DNA of 63,613 nt, the filler included, from Octopus bimaculoides (Eukaryota): assembly GCF_001194135.2 (NCBI RefSeq). It is 6 parts of 5 records of this genome, joined end to end, with 100 filler letters (N's around TTAATTAATTAA, not from the genome) between each part and the next. Parts side by side here need not be neighbours in the genome. Positions count along the whole stretch, not along the records: positions 1 to 14,432 come from NC_068987.1; positions 14,533 to 34,190 come from NC_068983.1; 4 more parts are not named here. One strand, written 5' to 3'. Every line of letters begins with the position of its first letter. The first letter of the stretch is position 1. The position numbers and the translations under genes are program-made. The notes under the pieces were generated by a model. That model did no database searches, was not told the origin of the DNA, and worked only from the letters and a program-made list of their open reading frames with translations. Below, in pieces: positions 13,708-27,166 of this stretch.

Positions 13708-14432
13708 ATGAGCTCCTTCCTGGAAAGTTCCGGGGATGGAATTTCCTGTAATGTTCCTAGCGACTTTCTGGAAAGTTCCGCGTACTTCTTAGAAAGTACC
13801 GAGGCCTATCTGGAAAGTCCCAGGAATGAGCTACTTCCTGGAATGTTCCGAGGATGTACTACTTCCAGGAAAATTCGGAGGATGGGACATCATGGAAAAT
13901 CCCGAGGAATAACTACTTCCTGGAAAGTTCCGAAAATTCTTTCCTCCCCTTCCTACAATTTCCCCCTTAAATCCCCCTCTCTGGAATATAGAAGAGTCTT
14001 TCCACCCATTCATTCCCTTCCAACTTCAAATCTCTGTAATTTTGAACATTCATTCAGCCCTCAAATCCCCATCTCTAAAATGTTGAACAATCCTTCCTCC
14101 CATTCCTCCCCCTCAAATCGCCCTCTCTAGAATGTTGAACATTCCTTCCTAACCTTCCTCCACTTTCCCCCGAAATTGCCCCTCTCTGGAATGTTGAACA
14201 TTCCTTCTTGCCCTTCTTCCCCTTTCCCCCTTAAAAAATCATTCTCTCGAATGTTCAAAATTCTTTCCTCCCCTTCCTACAATTTCCCCCTTAAATCCCC
14301 CTCTCTGGAATATAGAAGAGTCTTTCCACCCATTCATTCCCTTCCAACTTCAAATCTCTGTAATTTTGAACATTCATTCAGCCCTCAAATCCCCATCTCT
14401 AAAATGTTGAACAATCCTTCCTCCCATTCCTC
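13708..14432. repeat. Compound minisatellite: ctggaaagttcc-core repeats, then a C-rich array with a 324-bp-period duplication
   Basis: A ~175-bp block at 13933 is repeated essentially exactly at 14257; the array runs into a gap. Confidence 0.85.
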
Positions 14433-14756
14433 NNNNNNNNNNNNNNNNNNNNNNNNNNNNNNNNNNNNNNNNNNNNTTAATTAATTAANNNNNNNNNNNN
14501 NNNNNNNNNNNNNNNNNNNNNNNNNNNNNNNNCTTTGGAAAACATCTTCCCCACAAATTACTTTATAATCGTAATGTATGCCGTTTGAAAGATATTTCTA
14601 TAAACTTTCATTGAAAAAACCTCATTTTCCTTAAAGTTATGAGGGAAAAACTCGGATTTTGTGAATTTTCCGAAGTCCTCTCCCCATCCCCTTGGAAAAG
14701 ATTTTCCCCACAAATTTCTTTATAATCGTAATTAACCAATTTTTATATTAACACCC

Positions 14757-14880
14757 GGCAAAAGAGACCGATATAATAAGTACTAGGCTTACAAAGAATA
14801 AGTCCTGGGGTCGATTTGCTCGACTAAAGGCGGTGCTCCAGCATGGCCGCAGTCAAATGACTGAAACAAGTAAAAGAGTA
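14757..14880 (+). mobile_element. SINE family B, 3' tail
   Basis: ggcaaaaagagaccgat...gactgaaacaagtaaaagagta. Confidence 0.85.
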
Positions 14881-16839
14881 AATAATTTTCCAGAGTGTGA
14901 ATTACATGGTTCGTTATTAAATATAACCACCCCCTCGCTCGCGCCCCCTTTTTTCCGAACCAAAATAAGGGATTTGCAGCATATTAAGAGGTCTTGATTC
15001 CAAGCCAAAAAATCCGAGTTTTTTTTTTCTTAGTGAAAAATCGTGTGGGTGTTAATATAAAGATTTACCAAAATTTGCCGGATGTACAGTGCATGTATAA
15101 CCTGCTATTGACTCTTCTACGAGCCTTTACGTTTTCATTCTACCTGTTAGATATTGCAGTTAAATTTCTTTCGAGTTACGCCGTGATGTCTTACAAAGGA
15201 AAGACACATTGCCTAATGTAGTACTAGATACATTCTGTCTGAATTGATAAAAAAAGAAAAATGAAATTTTCGTCTTCGATTACGAGTCCACTTGAGCTGA
15301 ACTGCCCGAGGATTAAACATTTACGGAGTGGACAGTATGTAAGAGAACATAAGCACCGAGGCTCAGAATTTGAGTAGAAAGGAATGGGAAATTATGGTGT
15401 TCATTACAAATGGATGAGTAGTATAATTGAATTAAAACAGCTTTGACTGAGTATTGAAACCGCACCATGGACTCAACTCAGTATTAACTCACTTTTTTAC
15501 TTTATTAACGGCACTTGCCACCATATCTTGCTAGAATGTTATGATATTTAATCCTTTCTCAAGATAAATAGCAAAAGTGAAATGAAATAGCTTCAATCGG
15601 TAAACAAAGCAATGCTACGTATTTTGCTTCGCCTTGTAGCTTACCTTACACTTTCTTCCCCTCTTTCTACATGTATAAGTATATCTTCACAAGTGTTCTT
15701 TCAAATATTTTTTTCCAAATTCATTTTAAACCTCTGTTTGGGTTCTGTTGAATTCACTATAATGAACAAGTAAACCCTGGTAGGTGACGTGAAGTTTCGC
15801 TTTGGAAAAATGATTATCCTAAGATGTGAGCAGTACAGACTTATTACCTTAAGATGTGCTTATTTCCATGACAACACAACATGGTGGACATTCTGTAAGT
15901 TTTCATTGCTCAAATTTTCAGGTTTATTATTGATTCGACCAAGATATATATTTTGATTTAGTTTATTTTTTTCATTATTTATTTCCTGTCTGTCATCAAA
16001 ACAGTTTCGTGTGACATCAAAGCCTAATTAAAACTGCCGGTACTACTATACACCGTTGTTAGCCTCTTCGCTAGCCTGTTTTTCATTCATCGAAAACAAT
16101 TGTTTGTCATCGTAAATTTTCTTTACAAGCAAACGTATCGATATATATGTTTGCCAACACGCACATATATCTACACATATACACACAACCACAGACATAC
16201 ACACACACTCACAGAGATAAGTATTTGATATTGTTGATCGGCTGTGAAAATTAGGACATCGAGCGAATGAATGAATAACAATAATTATATTTATCAGTAC
16301 TATATATAAAAGAAAAAGGCATTGTTTAATGTAATTTAATCAATAACGTATATTTTGAATTCGATTCCTTCCTCATTTGGGTGTATATGTTTGACTTCTG
16401 ACTTGGATATTAGTTTCTGATTTCGCAGTGCAAATACAAGCTATTGACCATTTGATCTAGTATTAGTGGTTATTTCATAACAGTATATTCGTCAAAAATG
16501 TTATCGATGCTGTAAAATAAATAAATAAATAAAGTTAAAAATAATAAATAAGTAAATAATTTATTTTTTAAAGTTGAATAATGGGTGAAATGAATATGGA
16601 ATATTGTTTATCTCAACGGTGTTCAGCATTTGCCACCTCACTGCTCTGAGTTCTAATCCTATCAATATCGATTTTTAATTCACTCGTTCAGTCTTTATGA
16701 AGAAGAAGAATTATCATCACTAATAATTCGGGATGGCCTGCTTTGGAAGTTTTCTTCTGCGCTGTGAATATAAGTTCTTGAGGTAGTACGATTACAATCG
16801 GGTTACACTAAACAGTGCAATTCAACTGCACAGAACATG

Positions 16840-16870
<31 letters not shown>

Positions 16871-18429
16871 TTCCCTATTTAAGTCAGTAGTATAGACTGT
16901 TTAAACATTCTGTCGACATTTTATCCCTTCATAAAGCTAATTAAAAGGAAGAGATATTGCTGATGTAAGCTTGATAAATTACATACGAGCAGAAACGTTG
17001 CCCTCCAGGTGGTATTTTGCTACTGTATGAAGCTTTCGTGAATCTGTGCCATCTTAAGGCAGTTGCTCAATGGGCAGTTGTCGGAGAGTCCTACGGGTCC
17101 AGGGGCTCAATGCTGATCTATTCATGTTATTGTGTATGTACGTGTGTGTGNNNNNNNNNNNNNNNNNNNNNNNNNNNNNNNNNNNNNNNNNNNNNNNNNN
17201 NNNNNNNNNNNNNNNNNNNNNNNNNNNNNNNNNNNNNNNNNNNNNNNNNNNGGGGGGGGGGAGTTAGTGCACGGCTTTGCCAGGCTTATAAATCTGTTGA
17301 TCCTCCTCTGATTAATGCCTATCTACAGATACATAAGTATTTTCTAGGCAGTGTAGACTTTAATAATTGCTTTCTTTTAGTAAAAGTTAAGTTTTCTTTG
17401 TTATAGTATAGGTGTAATTAATAAATCATTAATATGTTATATATGAACTTTGAAAAGATGAAAGGAAAAGTTTATTGTGGAAGGATTCAAACAAAGAATC
17501 AGAAGAAACAATTAGTTTATTTATAATGGTGGTAATTTTGTAATAAAAGAGAAATTAGAGTTATCTAATTGACCCAGAGATTTAACCTGTTATCATTTAT
17601 ATATTATTTGATCACCATTAAAATCTGAAAGTTTTGGCTGTTAACAAATCACTGTTTCTTGGATTTTTTTTTTTTTGCATACATTTATTTACCAATGAAC
17701 CCTATCTACTGTAAGTAAGTTATGGGCAAACTGCAATCCACAAATTACCTTGAATTTATTAATGCAGCCTGCCTGATATGAGCTTGGTCTCATATAACCC
17801 ACTTTTTAGAAATGTTTGCCCATTCTTGCTGTGGGTGGTCATTTAATTTGCAAGAAATAACAAGAAAATTTCCATCAAATTCATCCATTTTACTTTTTCT
17901 TTGTGTGTGTATGTGACTTGCTGAGTCTAAAGAATGGGGGTAATACCCATAGCTTTGGAAAGTTCTTGAAGACATCTGAGCTTGATGTTCTTAATGTTCT
18001 AAATAGCATTCTGTATATTTTACTTGAAGTGACTGTACTGTAGAAAGTCACAAAACCAAAACTGCAATATTCATCTTGAAAAAAGTTTCTCATATAGATG
18101 TATCATGCTAAAAGGCACAGAAATATATTAGTGGCAGACAAAAGCATCCAACAGTGGTGGTGGAATTGCTAAATCTAGATTTCTGTTTCTTTGTGCATCA
18201 TCAGAAGCAAATATCCACTAGCAACTGCATGCTTAGATAAATTTCATGTTCACTGATATAGAAAACAGTGATTAACAAACCGCTGGTGTCACAAATAGCT
18301 GACAGCCTGGGTAAAAATTCATTATTAGCAACAAAAGCAATATCGGTTCAGAATAGTATTCTGTATATCTTACGTAATGCAGATATACTGCAGAGATCCA
18401 CAAAACTGTGGTATTCATTCTGCTACAGG

Positions 18430-18700
18430 TCAACACCAGTCATGAACAAGGAGAAGATTCCAGAGGGCCAACATTCTGAAGGAGAAGATTCCAGAGGGCC
18501 AACATTCTGAAGGAGAAAGATTAGACGTAATGGTTAGTACAGGGATCAGAGAGAAGAACACAACAAGGGTGATAAAATGTGGAGAAATGAGTAGGCTTGA
18601 GATGCTTGAGTGGAGGAGGTATAAGGCCAGCCAGCTCCAAGGAACAGAGATTATCATAACAGCAATAAAAAAGACTGAGAGGGGGAAACAGCTTGCCTGT
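18430..18700 (-). mobile_element. CR1-group LINE 3' coding end remnant, with a 31-bp tandem duplication at 18450-18511
   Basis: Minus frame reads THFSTFYHPCCVLLSDPCTNHYV*SFSFRMLALWN, resembling the SFFPRT..LWN C-terminal motif. Confidence 0.5.
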
Positions 18701-19231
18701 GGGCCAGCAGCTGGAGTGCTTGTTGATGTTTCAATGACAACCAGTCAAATGGCCCTTCTCTGGATAACATAGACCACAGCATACATAAAGCCTGGATGGT
18801 TATGGATGAAATGCTCTTGATCATAGATTAACTCAATCATGGCTGACCTGGAGTTAAATATCTTTATGCATAGTGAGATATTTCTAATTCTAAGTTAAAA
18901 AAAAAAAAAATTTCAGGATTTATAATTTAAAATATTTTATTGACACTAGGGAGTTTATCAAGGTAAATGTAAGACCAACTATTTATCAAGGTAAATGTAA
19001 GACCAAACTATATTAGTTTGTACAAGTTAGACCAAAACTTATAAAATAAGTACCTATTTTTTGGTTCATTTTGTTTATTTGTATGTCTTAGAAGTAGGTG
19101 TTCACCTCTTTTTATCTCATTTATAATTATCTTAAGGTCGTTCTTTCAAAAACAGTTGTTAATCCTTAAATTACTTTGCTTATTTTTCTAGATTAGCATT
19201 TATTTTTTTAATTCTATACTATTTTTTCCAG

Positions 19232-19484
19232 AACTCATCAATTTAATTATAATCAAACTGCTTTGAATGACATGGCTCCTGATCCCTTACAGGAATTGAC
19301 TGGAGCAAAAGAAAATAAGGCTTCAACTGCTTGGAAAAAAATAAAAAGATCTTTACCTGTAGCAACGAAAACTTTGGGTTCACGTGGACAAGAAGATACC
19401 AGCTTAATACATGGTATAAATTTCAAACTGAAGATATCTCACCCTCATATTATAACCAGTGCACAGTATCTGCCAACAAGAAGT
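19232..19484 (+). CDS. Exon A of a probable WD40-repeat protein (WDR97/WDR87-like N-terminus)
   Basis: Acceptor ttttttccAG and donor GTAAGT; open frame THQFNYNQ...AWKKIKRSLP...LIHGINFKLKISHPHIITSAQYLPTRS; ends in phase 0, compatible with exon B. Family assignment is from recalled similarity only. Confidence 0.75.
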
Positions 19485-19491
19485 GTAAGTG

Positions 19492-19522
<31 letters not shown>

Positions 19523-19865
19523 NNNNNNNNNNNNNNNNNNNNNNNNNNNNNNNNNNNNNNNNNNNNNNNNNNNNNNNNNNNNNNNNNNNNNNNNNNNNNN
19601 NNNNNNNNNNNNNNNNNNNNNNNNNNNNNNNNNNNNNNNNNNNNNNNNNNNNNNNNNNNNNNNNNNNNNNNNNNNNNNNNNNNNNNNNNNNNNNNNNNNN
19701 NNNNNNNNNNNNNNNNNNNNNNNNNNNNNNNNNNNNNNNNNNNNNNNNNNNNNNNNNNNNNNNNNNNNNNNNNNNNNNNNNNNNNNNNNNNNNNNNNNNN
19801 NNNNNNNNNNNNNNNNNNNNNNNNNNNNNNNNNNNNNNNNNNNNNNNNNNNNNNNNNNGAGATAT

Positions 19866-21115
19866 ATAATCCTTGCTTCCACAGCTGAAACTTCTCCTCT
19901 AATTCTGATAGTGACTCAGCAATTAGAGTAAGGTCATCAGTATAGAGGAGCTCCCAAGGGCATCCTGTCTTGAATTCCTGTGTTATTGCCTGGGGGACTA
20001 TGATAAATAGGAGGGGGCTGAGGACTGAACCTTGGTGGCCCCCTACCTCTACCCGGAATTCTTCACTGTATTCGTTGCCAACCCTCACCTTACTAACAGT
20101 GTCCTTGTACATGGCTTGCACAGCTCTCACTAACCATTCATTTATCCCTAGTTTTCTCATTGACCACCAGATAAGGGATCGGGGGACCCTGTCAAAGGCT
20201 TTCTCCATGTCAACGAAAACCAGGTACAAAGGTTTATCTTTGGCTAGGTATTTTTCCTGCAGCTGTCTTACCAGAAATATTGCATCAGTTGTTCTTTTCC
20301 CTGGCACGAACCCAAACTGCATCTCATCTAAACTGACTCTCTCCCTAATTAGTTGGGCTATGACCCTCATCATCTGATCCAACAATTTGATACCTCTGTA
20401 ATTATTTGTATCTAAAGCGTCATCTTTACTTTTGTAGCAATTGACTATGGTGTTGCTACACCAGTCATTGGGTATGACTTGTTCGTGTCTCACCCGGTTA
20501 ACTATATGGGTAACTAGGCTATAGCCGACACTACCAGATATTTTAATCATCTCTGCGGTGATTCCTGATGGGCCGGGGGCTTTCCCTATCTTCATACTCT
20601 TAATTGCTTTATCTACCAAGGTACTGTCAACTCGGATAGCTGGTCCCTCCATTGAGTCGACATTCGTCAGACTCTCTTTGACCCATTCATTCTCTTTATT
20701 GAGCAACCTTTCATAGTGGCCTCACCAAACCTCTCTCTTTGCAGCCTCATTTAGTGCAAGTGAACCATCATCCATGCAGACACATTTCTCTACTACGACT
20801 TCACGATTCTCTCTCACACACTGTCTTGCAACACAAAATACCTCAAGTCTTTGGTCCTCATGGCACAGAACATTGGCAAATCTTTTCTTATCTCCTCCCC
20901 CTCTGGCTAAATAAACCTGTCTTCTAGCTTCCCTTTTGGCAACCTGATACAATTCCCTGCAACCACCGTTCTTCCAGTCCTTCCAAGCCTGTTTCTTTTC
21001 TCTAATAGCCCTGCCAACAACATTGTTCCACCACCATGTTACCTTGGGTCGAGAGGGGACTTTGTACCATCCATGAAAATTGTTCAAACTGAAGTCCTTC
21101 TTGAGCGACACATTT
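19866..21115 (-). mobile_element. RTE-clade LINE reverse transcriptase fragment
   Basis: NYRGIKLLD...QFGFVPGK...DMEKAFDRVPR...HQGSVLSPLLF...LLYTDD; upstream ORF2 piece at 20722-21111; frameshifted and truncated. Confidence 0.95.
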
Positions 21116-21468
21116 TTCCATTCGAGTTAATACAGAATTACAGATAGTATTTATGCAATTTTGATTTACTGTTGGGTGACTTTTGGCCAGTCCTGTATAT
21201 TTTTATTTAGTTAGTTGAATAATCAGTTCTATGGCTATGGTGTTAAGCATGCTGTACTATTGACTATATTGTTATATAACTTACCTTTAATCTTTCTCAG
21301 TTATTAGACTACAGCCATGCAGGGGTACCGCCTTGAATTTTTAATCGAATGAATCGACCCCAGTACTTATTTTTTAAGCCTCGTACTTATTCTGTTGGTC
21401 TCTTTTGCTGGTTACAGGGACATAAACACACCCACACCAGTTGTCAAGTGGTGATGGGGACCCAGACC

Positions 21469-21502
<34 letters not shown>

Positions 21503-21654
21503 GGTAAGTGGTAGGTTTGCCTCGATCCTTCAGGGGTAGTCTGAAGCATCCAANNNNNNNNNNGGAGGCACTCCTGGGGATCACCTGTATGGGTACCGTC
21601 TTGGGAAGAGGGCGTCCAGAGGGAGGTAATTTATTGCTTAAACCGTAGTTTATG

Positions 21655-21927
21655 TATTTACTTGGAGAATGGAGCAACAAATACAAGAAAAAGCATTTTC
21701 GTTGGACTAGATAGCCGTTGTTTTATTATGTGGAACTTGTGAAATGAGTCAGTGTGGAGGTTTAGGTTATGTAATGAGTCATTTTGTATATTATGTCATA
21801 CATAACCTCATTACATAACCTAAACCTCCACACTGACTCATTTCACAAGCTCCACATAATAAAACAACGTCTATCTAGTCCAACGAAAATGCTTTTTCTT
21901 GTATTTGTGGCTCCATTCTCCAAGTAA

Positions 21928-21930
<3 letters not shown>
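21655..21930. repeat. Long inverted repeat (124-bp arms, 28-nt loop)
   Basis: 21655-21778 is the reverse complement of 21807-21930 with three mismatches by my count. Confidence 0.92.
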
Positions 21931-22015
<85 letters not shown>

Positions 22016-22170
22016 CAGGCTTCTTTCAGTTTCTGTCTACCAAATCCACTCATCACAAGGCTTTGGTCAGCCTGAGGCTATAGTAGAAGACACTTGTCGA
22101 AGGGTGTCATGTAGTGGGATTGAACCTGGAACCATGTAGTCGGGGAGCGAGCTTCTTACCACGCACCCAC
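22016..22170 (-). mobile_element. SINE family B, 5' half
   Basis: Matches family B, with several CpG to TpG/CpA changes. Confidence 0.8.
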
Positions 22171-22769
22171 CAGTTAGAGACTCAACTCTTTCAGCTTCAT
22201 TCCTTTTTCTTCAGATTACCTGTGTCTCTGAACCCATTTAATTCCTATTTCGGAGTTCTTAATCACTAGTTTATGTTTCCTCAACATAAGCTGAAGAAAA
22301 TGAATTCACAGCTTTCTGCATCTTGTGTTATTTTCTGATAAGTTTGAAGTCTGTCTGGGTTGTGTTTTCACCTGATTGATAGGTGATATGTTCAGTCAGT
22401 ATTACAGATTGCTCATTCAATACAAGTGAAAGGTCTGGAATGTGTGTCTGGGCTATAAACACCCACTTTGTGCTGAAAAGTAGAGGAATGCTATCCCTCT
22501 GCATATCCCACCCATTTCTGTCATTGGCTGATATCTTGCTTCTTTTCAAGCTACTTGATATCACTGCCTTCTCCTGTCTTCCATTCTCTTAAGCTTTTAT
22601 AGCTATCTATCATATAATTTCATCACCATGGTGATTTGATAGTATAGGAAAATCTGATAATGATCCTTTCTACTATAGGCACAAGGCCTGAAATTTGTGG
22701 GGAGGGAGATGATACATGTTAGCAGTTTTCTATGAATATCATGGGTATGTGTGTGTGTGTGTGTATATA

Positions 22770-22823
<54 letters not shown>

Positions 22824-23653
22824 GGGTGTGTGGGGTGTGGGTACGTGCGTATATAGACGTGTGTGCATGCATTCGAGAATGAACGCATATAGACGTGTTT
22901 TACCCTTATGGCCTTTTTACACTTTTTTCTGTATTTTGCCTTTAGCCNNNNNNNNNNNNNNNNNNNNNNNNNNNNNNNNNNNNNNNNNNNNNNNNNNNNN
23001 NNNNNNNNNNNNNNNNNNNNNNNNNNNNNNNNNNNNNNNNNNNNNNNNNNNNNNNNNNNNNNNNNNNNNNNNNNNNNNNNNNNNNNNNNNNNNNNNNNNN
23101 NNNNNNNNNNNNNNNNNNNNNNNNNNNNNNNNNNNNNNNNNNNNNNNNNNNNNNNNNNNNNNNNNNNNNNNNNNNNNNNNGATATATGAACATATGCATG
23201 TATACATACATATATGTACATACCTACATCTACATGTATATATAGATGCATATCCGGGTACAGGACGTTAGAAAAATGAACGGGGACATAAAAACAAAAC
23301 GGACTTTGTTTACTGACAACAGAATGAACACATAATATATATATAGGCACATGTACGTGGGTGTGTGGGCGCGCATGTGTATGTATGGACTGGTACGCTT
23401 ACGCGAATACTATGGACATTTTTACTCCCTTACCTTTACTCCCTCCCCTCACTTAGCGGTCACTCTAATAGCTCTTTTGTCTTAATAACGGTCAACCACA
23501 CAGTAATTTCCCTTTGTTTAATGGTCATTTCATAGCATTCTTCGATGGTCAAATAACTGAAGAGATGGTGGCATGGGTTTCCGCCCCAGCATCCAAAACT
23601 CAGAGTTTTATCATGGCTACCGAATAATTGTCACATATATGTGTGTGTGTGTG

Positions 23654-23833
23654 TGGCACGTAAAAGTACCCACTACACTCTCAGAGTGGTTGGCGTTAGG
23701 AAGGGCATCCAGCTGTAGAAACTCTGCCAGATCAGATTGGAGCCTGGTGCAGCCATCTGGTTTGCCAGTCCTCAGTCAAAATCGTCCAACCCATGCTAGC
23801 ATGGAAAGTAGACGTTAAACGATGATGATGATG
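23654..23833 (+). mobile_element. Family C repeat (SINE or LINE 3' tail ending in (GAT)n)
   Basis: cactacactctcagagtggttggcgttaggaagggcatccagc...ccaacccatgctagcatggaaag...gatgatg; more than ten copies in the window. Confidence 0.8.
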
Positions 23834-23899
23834 CTGATTGCTTCATCTTTGTAGATGATTGTTGTCTCCCCATGTACTCCAATCAAATGTCATCAGCTC

Positions 23900-25600
23900 C
23901 AAACGTCCATCCATAACCCTTTAGGTGACATTTTTAAGTCCAGCATTAGATTTGCAGGGTCTGCAGCAAATGTGACAGACAAAAGATGTGCCCTCTATGG
24001 GATTTATGGGTCAACTTGTGGAATGTCATCCTTATGTACCCTCATATGCCTTTTAAGACCAGGTATTGACTTGCAGATCTTTTTGTACACCACACATGTT
24101 GTCTCACCTAGCATTGGAAGGACAGAGCTGCATACATTTGACTTTTTATGTGATTTTAAATGAGTGATGTACCCAGATTTAGAGAGCAGTAAACGACCTC
24201 ACACATCACAAATCTAGCTCACTATGTTCTTATTGATGTTCATACTGTGGCCTTTTCAAAACTGGCGTTTAAGTTTTTCATGATCAAGACATCTCTCTTC
24301 AAACATTCTGCAGGCTTCCTTCACATATACTCTCCATTTACCTCTCTTTAAAGCAAGCACTTCCCTGTTCTGACCTTCAAGCTGAAGATCTTTAAGATTG
24401 TTTTTTATACAATCTTTATATCTTTTTCTTGGTTTGTGCTGAAGATGTTTCCCAGTGTTCAATTGACTGTAAAATAGTTGCTTTAGTATTCTTTCCTCAT
24501 TCATATGTGCAACATAGCCTACCCAACACATTTGAGAGGATATGATGGTAGATTCAATGCTTCTGCAGCCAGCATCTTTAAGGATTTGTGTGTCAGGTAT
24601 TTTCTGCTGCTAAAGTGTTCAAACAAATTTAGATGCTTATGATGTACTGTTCACATTTCTGAAGAATACAACAGAGTACTTAGGATGCAGGCCTTGTACA
24701 CACTAATCTTGGTCTTGATATTGATTCCATGATCTGCCTACACTCTCTTTTTAAGTTTTCCAAAGGCTACAGAGGCCTTCTGAATGTGCAGGTGTATTTC
24801 TGCATCCAGTGAACCATCCCATGATAATGCACCATCCAGGTAAACAAAAGTATCAACTACACCCAACCTAGTTCCATGCACCATTATATTTGGCTCAATA
24901 TATGCTTCCCCTGGTGATAGGGTGAACATTACCTTTTGAATTAATTTTCATGCCAAAGGTATTACAAGATGCTGCAAAAGAATCCATGATGTGTTACATG
25001 TCATCATGAGAGTGAGCCAAAAAGTCAACATCATCTGCATACAAGAGTTCTCTAATTAATATTTCGAACACCTTGGATTTGAAATCGAACATTCTTAGGT
25101 CAAATATCCTTCCTGTAATTCTAATTTGCATTAGAATACCCTGCACACAGTCCTGGAATGCATGAATCAGCATCACATCAAAATATATTGAGAACAGTGT
25201 GGGAGCCAGGATATCTCTCTGCTTCACACCATTATCATCTGGGATTTCGTTGGACAATTTTCCATTCAAGACAACTTGAGCCTTCATATTTCTGTGTAGT
25301 CAAACAAGCATATCAATAAACTTTGGTGGATACCCTATTTTCCCTAATATTTTCTGCATTGCACCTCTGTTCACCATATCAAAAGCCTTTGTCAGATCAA
25401 TAAAAACCTGATACAGAGAAATTCACTGCTCAATACATTTCTCCTGAATTTGCCTTGCTGAGATCCTATCAATCGTCCCTCTGCCAAATCTAAAGCCACG
25501 TTGTGATTCAGGGATTACTGTTGGACAAATGTCCTCCATCAACCTGTTCAACAATAATCTAGCAAGAACTTTGTCCACAGACTCCAACAGAGTGATGCCA
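23900..25600 (-). mobile_element. Degenerate RTE/BovB-like LINE ORF2 (RT plus C-terminus)
   Basis: NGVKQRDILAPTLFSIYF...RELLYADD; RILKQLFYSQLNTGK...KPRKRYKDCIK; C-terminal C2H2-like repeats; many stops and frameshifts. Confidence 0.9.
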
Positions 25601-26778
25601 CTTGGAAACAGGTAAACGTTGCTTCAACAATGCCATCTGACCATGCAGACATGGAAAAGTGAATGTTAAAATGATGATGATAATAGCGATCAGTTTTCCC
25701 AATGTCTATTGCAGTTCTTAGATGTATGCAATATTCTTATTTTTTTGTTGGCAGAATTGTTATCACAGAGGGCAAAGTGTTCAAATGCTACTAGGGTCAA
25801 CTTTGCCTTGTGCTAAAATTTGAAACCAATATTCTTATTTTTCATATGTAGAAAGTATCTGGAAAATATATTTATACATGTATGATTGTGTGTGTGTAAT
25901 CCCTGTTTACACATAAATGGAGATATAAACACACACAAACACACACACACACACACACACATGCCCTTTTTCTGCTTGCATATGGGACCTCTACCACATG
26001 ACATCGTTTACTAGAAATAGTAGCTAAATCTCTCCTACTCTCTTATTTAAAGGAGGATGCATTGAGTAATTTAATCCTACATAACTCCTTAAAAGATGGT
26101 ATGGTTATACCTGGAATAATTTTGATGACAGATTGGCTTCATGAGACTTGAGCTAAATTAAACAGCATCAGTAACAGCAACTGCAACATTGAAATCTATG
26201 TCAACCTTCAATAAATTTCCATTTGTAATTTAATTGTAAAATTTATAAATCATAAATAAGCTAAACAATTCCTTAAAAATGATTTAAGTAATTTGAGGGT
26301 TTTACCATTTTCAGTATTATATAATTTATGAATATATACCACAGTTGGATAAGTTAGAATCAAAATACATAGACAAAGCACATATATAGCCAAGGGTGGG
26401 AGTCAACAAGTTCAGCTGAATCCCACCCTTAGTTATGTATGTGCATATGATATATTCATACATGTATATACAAACAAATCAAATGGCTCCTGGAGGATCC
26501 ATTTTGATAATTGAGAACCCACTTCAGTCAAATCTTGGCTCCACCCATGCAGAGTGCAAATTATGCATGTGCTATCATTAATATGATCTCAAGGCAAATA
26601 CCACAGGCAAACATGAAGTCATTAACTTAATGGATTTCATTGTGGGTACATATAAAGCAGTGTGTACACCAAAGTATCAACCAGGCAGTGTGGGTTCATA
26701 TCTTGTTTGGTTCTCAAATATTTATTTATGCTTTCATATAAAAATTACATTTGTGCACTTCATCTTATTTAAGGCATG

Positions 26779-27162
26779 TTGTTGTTGGCACTCCATCGCT
26801 TATGACGTCGAGAGGTCCAGTTGATCCGATCAACGGAACAGCCTGCTCGTGAAATCAACGTGCAAGTGGCTGAGCACTCCACAGACACGTGTACCCTTAA
26901 CGTAGTTCTCAGGGATATTCAGCGTGACACAGTGTGACAAGGCTGACCCTTTGAATTACAGGCACAACAGAAACAGGAAGTAAGAGTGAGAGAAAGTTGT
27001 GGTGAAAGAGTACAGCAGGGTTCGCCACCATCCCCTGCCGGAGCCTCGTGGAACTTTAGGTGTTTTCGCTCAATAAACACTCACAACGCCCGGTCTGGGA
27101 ATCGAAACCACGATCCTATGACCATGAGTCCACTGCCCTAACCACTGGGCCATTGTGCGTCC
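26779..27162 (-). mobile_element. Full-length SINE family A with 12-bp TSD
   Basis: TSD ATTTAAGGCATG at 26767-26778 and 27163-27174. Confidence 0.92.
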
Positions 27163-27166
27163 ATTT

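Noticed and set aside
19492-20706. 404-aa ORF as an intact or domesticated reverse transcriptase
   Set aside because: About a quarter of it is N gap and TA repeat, the RT is truncated after YTDD, and it is frameshifted from the upstream piece.
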